A DNA stretch of 64,000 nt, taken from contig OZ242011.1 of the NCBI GenBank assembly GCA_965204755.1, forward strand, positions 928,001 to 992,000, in the 5' to 3' direction. The translations under genes and the position numbers were made by a program. Shown here in pieces: positions 62,795 to 64,000 of the stretch. Under the pieces are notes generated by a model, which saw nothing but the letters and a program-made list of their open reading frames with translations, searched no databases and was not told the origin of the DNA. This DNA comes from Candidatus Marinacidobacterium sp. (lineage in GTDB: Bacteria > Acidobacteriota > Vicinamibacteria > Marinacidobacterales > Marinacidobacteraceae). Within the stretch, counting starts at the first letter, position 1. Every line of letters starts with the position of its first letter.

Positions 62795-64000
62795 CTACCG
62801 GCGGCGCCAGCGGGCGCCGTCGCGGGAGTCCTCGACGAGGATCCCGGCCTCGGCGAGCCGGTCGCGGATCGCGTCGGCGGCGGCGAAGTCGCGGCGCTCC
62901 CGCGCTTCGGCGCGCTCGGCGAGCCGCTCTTCGACCTCTGCGTCGGAGAGCGCGCCGCCGCCCGCCGCGTCCCCGGCTCCCGCCGGCGCGCCGCGGTCGA
63001 AGACCGCGAACACCTCGTTCATCCGGCGGATCGCCGCCGCCCAGGCGGCCGCCGCCGGCGCGTCGCCGGCGTCGAGCGCCCGGTTGCCCTCGCGGAGCGC
63101 CGAGAAGGTCTCCGCCAGCGCGCGGGAGGCGTTCAGGTCGTCGTCGAGCGCCGCCTCGAACCGGCCGAGCGCGTCGGCGACCGCCCCGGGGAGAGGGCCG
63201 GAAACCTCGCCGGCGGCGGGAGCGGACTCGTCGGCGCGGGCGAGGAAGCCGTCCACCCGGCGGATCGCGGAGTCCGCCTGGCGGAGGCCGGCGCGGGTGA
63301 AGTTCAACTGCTGGCGGTAGTGGACGCTCGCCAGCAGGTAGCGGACGGAAGCGGCCGAGAAGCCGTCGTCGAGCAGGTCGCGCACGGTGAACTGGTTCCC
63401 GAGCGACTTGGACATCTTCCGGCCTTCCACGAGCAGGTGCTCGCAGTGGAACCAGTGCCGGACGAAGGGGGCGCCGGTGGCGGCTTCGCTCTGGGCGATC
63501 TCGTTCTCGTGGTGGGGGAACACCAGGTCCACCCCGCCGCAATGGAGGTCGAGGCTGGGCCCCAGCAGTTCGAGCCCCATCGCGGAACACTCGAGGTGCC
63601 AGCCCGGGCGGCCGGCGCCGAACGGGGCGTCCCAACTCGGTTCCCCCGGCTTCGAGGCCTTCCAGAGCACGAAGTCGTAGGCGTCCTCCTTGTCGTACTC
63701 GTCGGCGTCCACCCGCGCCCCGGCGCGCCGGTCCGAAGCCGAGGCGCCCGACAGCCGCCCGTAACCGGGAAACCCGGCCACCCGGAAGTAGATGGAGCCG
63801 GCGGATTCGTAGGCGGCGCCGGTTTCGAGCAGCCGCTCCACCAGCCGGATCATCGCGGCGAGGTATTCCGGATCGGTGGCGCGGGGGTAGTGCTCGACCC
63901 GTTCGATGGAGAGCGCGTCGGCGTCGGAGAAGAACTGCTCGATGTACTTCCCGGTGTATTCGCGGAGCGGGATTCCGGCCTCGTTCGCGCCGCGGATCGT
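62795..64000 (-). CDS. cysS: Cysteine--tRNA ligase, 5'-partial at window edge
   Basis: DFVLWK, GRPGWHLECSAM, DLHCGGVDLVFPHHENE, KMSKSLGN, RDFAAADAIRDRL. Confidence 0.97.
   Translation of the reverse strand, partial: TIRGANEAGIPLREYTGKYIEQFFSDADALSIERVEHYPRATDPEYLAAMIRLVERLLETGAAYESAGSIYFRVAGFPGYGRLSGASASDRRAGARVDADEYDKEDAYDFVLWKASKPGEPSWDAPFGAGRPGWHLECSAMGLELLGPSLDLHCGGVDLVFPHHENEIAQSEAATGAPFVRHWFHCEHLLVEGRKMSKSLGNQFTVRDLLDDGFSAASVRYLLASVHYRQQLNFTRAGLRQADSAIRRVDGFLARADESAPAAGEVSGPLPGAVADALGRFEAALDDDLNASRALAETFSALREGNRALDAGDAPAAAAWAAAIRRMNEVFAVFDRGAPAGAGDAAGGGALSDAEVEERLAERAEARERRDFAAADAIRDRLAEAGILVEDSRDGARWRRR

Overview
Very GC-rich (roughly 75% by eye) bacterial chromosomal window. The left half (1-31365, minus strand) is one giant, probably secreted surface protein gene of about 80 tandem ~125-aa Ig-like repeats (>10,000 aa, running off the left edge). 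It is split in this assembly by two single-base deletions (~19755 and ~1221). Its 5' end carries a duplicated leader with two long poly-G/C tracts (G24, G22) that look like a double slipped-strand phase switch. Next come a mosaic tandem array of three AAA/P-loop ATPase paralogs plus a remnant, an ECF sigma/zinc anti-sigma/TerB operon with a SigW-like promoter, a Phd/VapC toxin-antitoxin pair and an FprA-type reductase. An accessory sigma-70 factor is divergent from three paralogous small exported proteins that have a conserved N-terminal half and a Cys-bracketed hypervariable tail, with small leader ORFs. The rest is a two-permease RND efflux locus with an unusually tailed adaptor and housekeeping genes (trans-sulfuration enzyme, coiled-coil protein, mnmA, MOSC, tRNA nucleotidyltransferase, Ser/Thr dehydratase, SixA, tRNA-Leu/Cys/Gly, YraN, partial cysS). 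Two sequence-level signals stand out: near-absence of AGCT and ACGT across the window, and a recurrent palindrome CCGGTAAC-N-GTTACCGG in most repeats of the giant gene. All calls are from manual reading; no database searches or counts were run.
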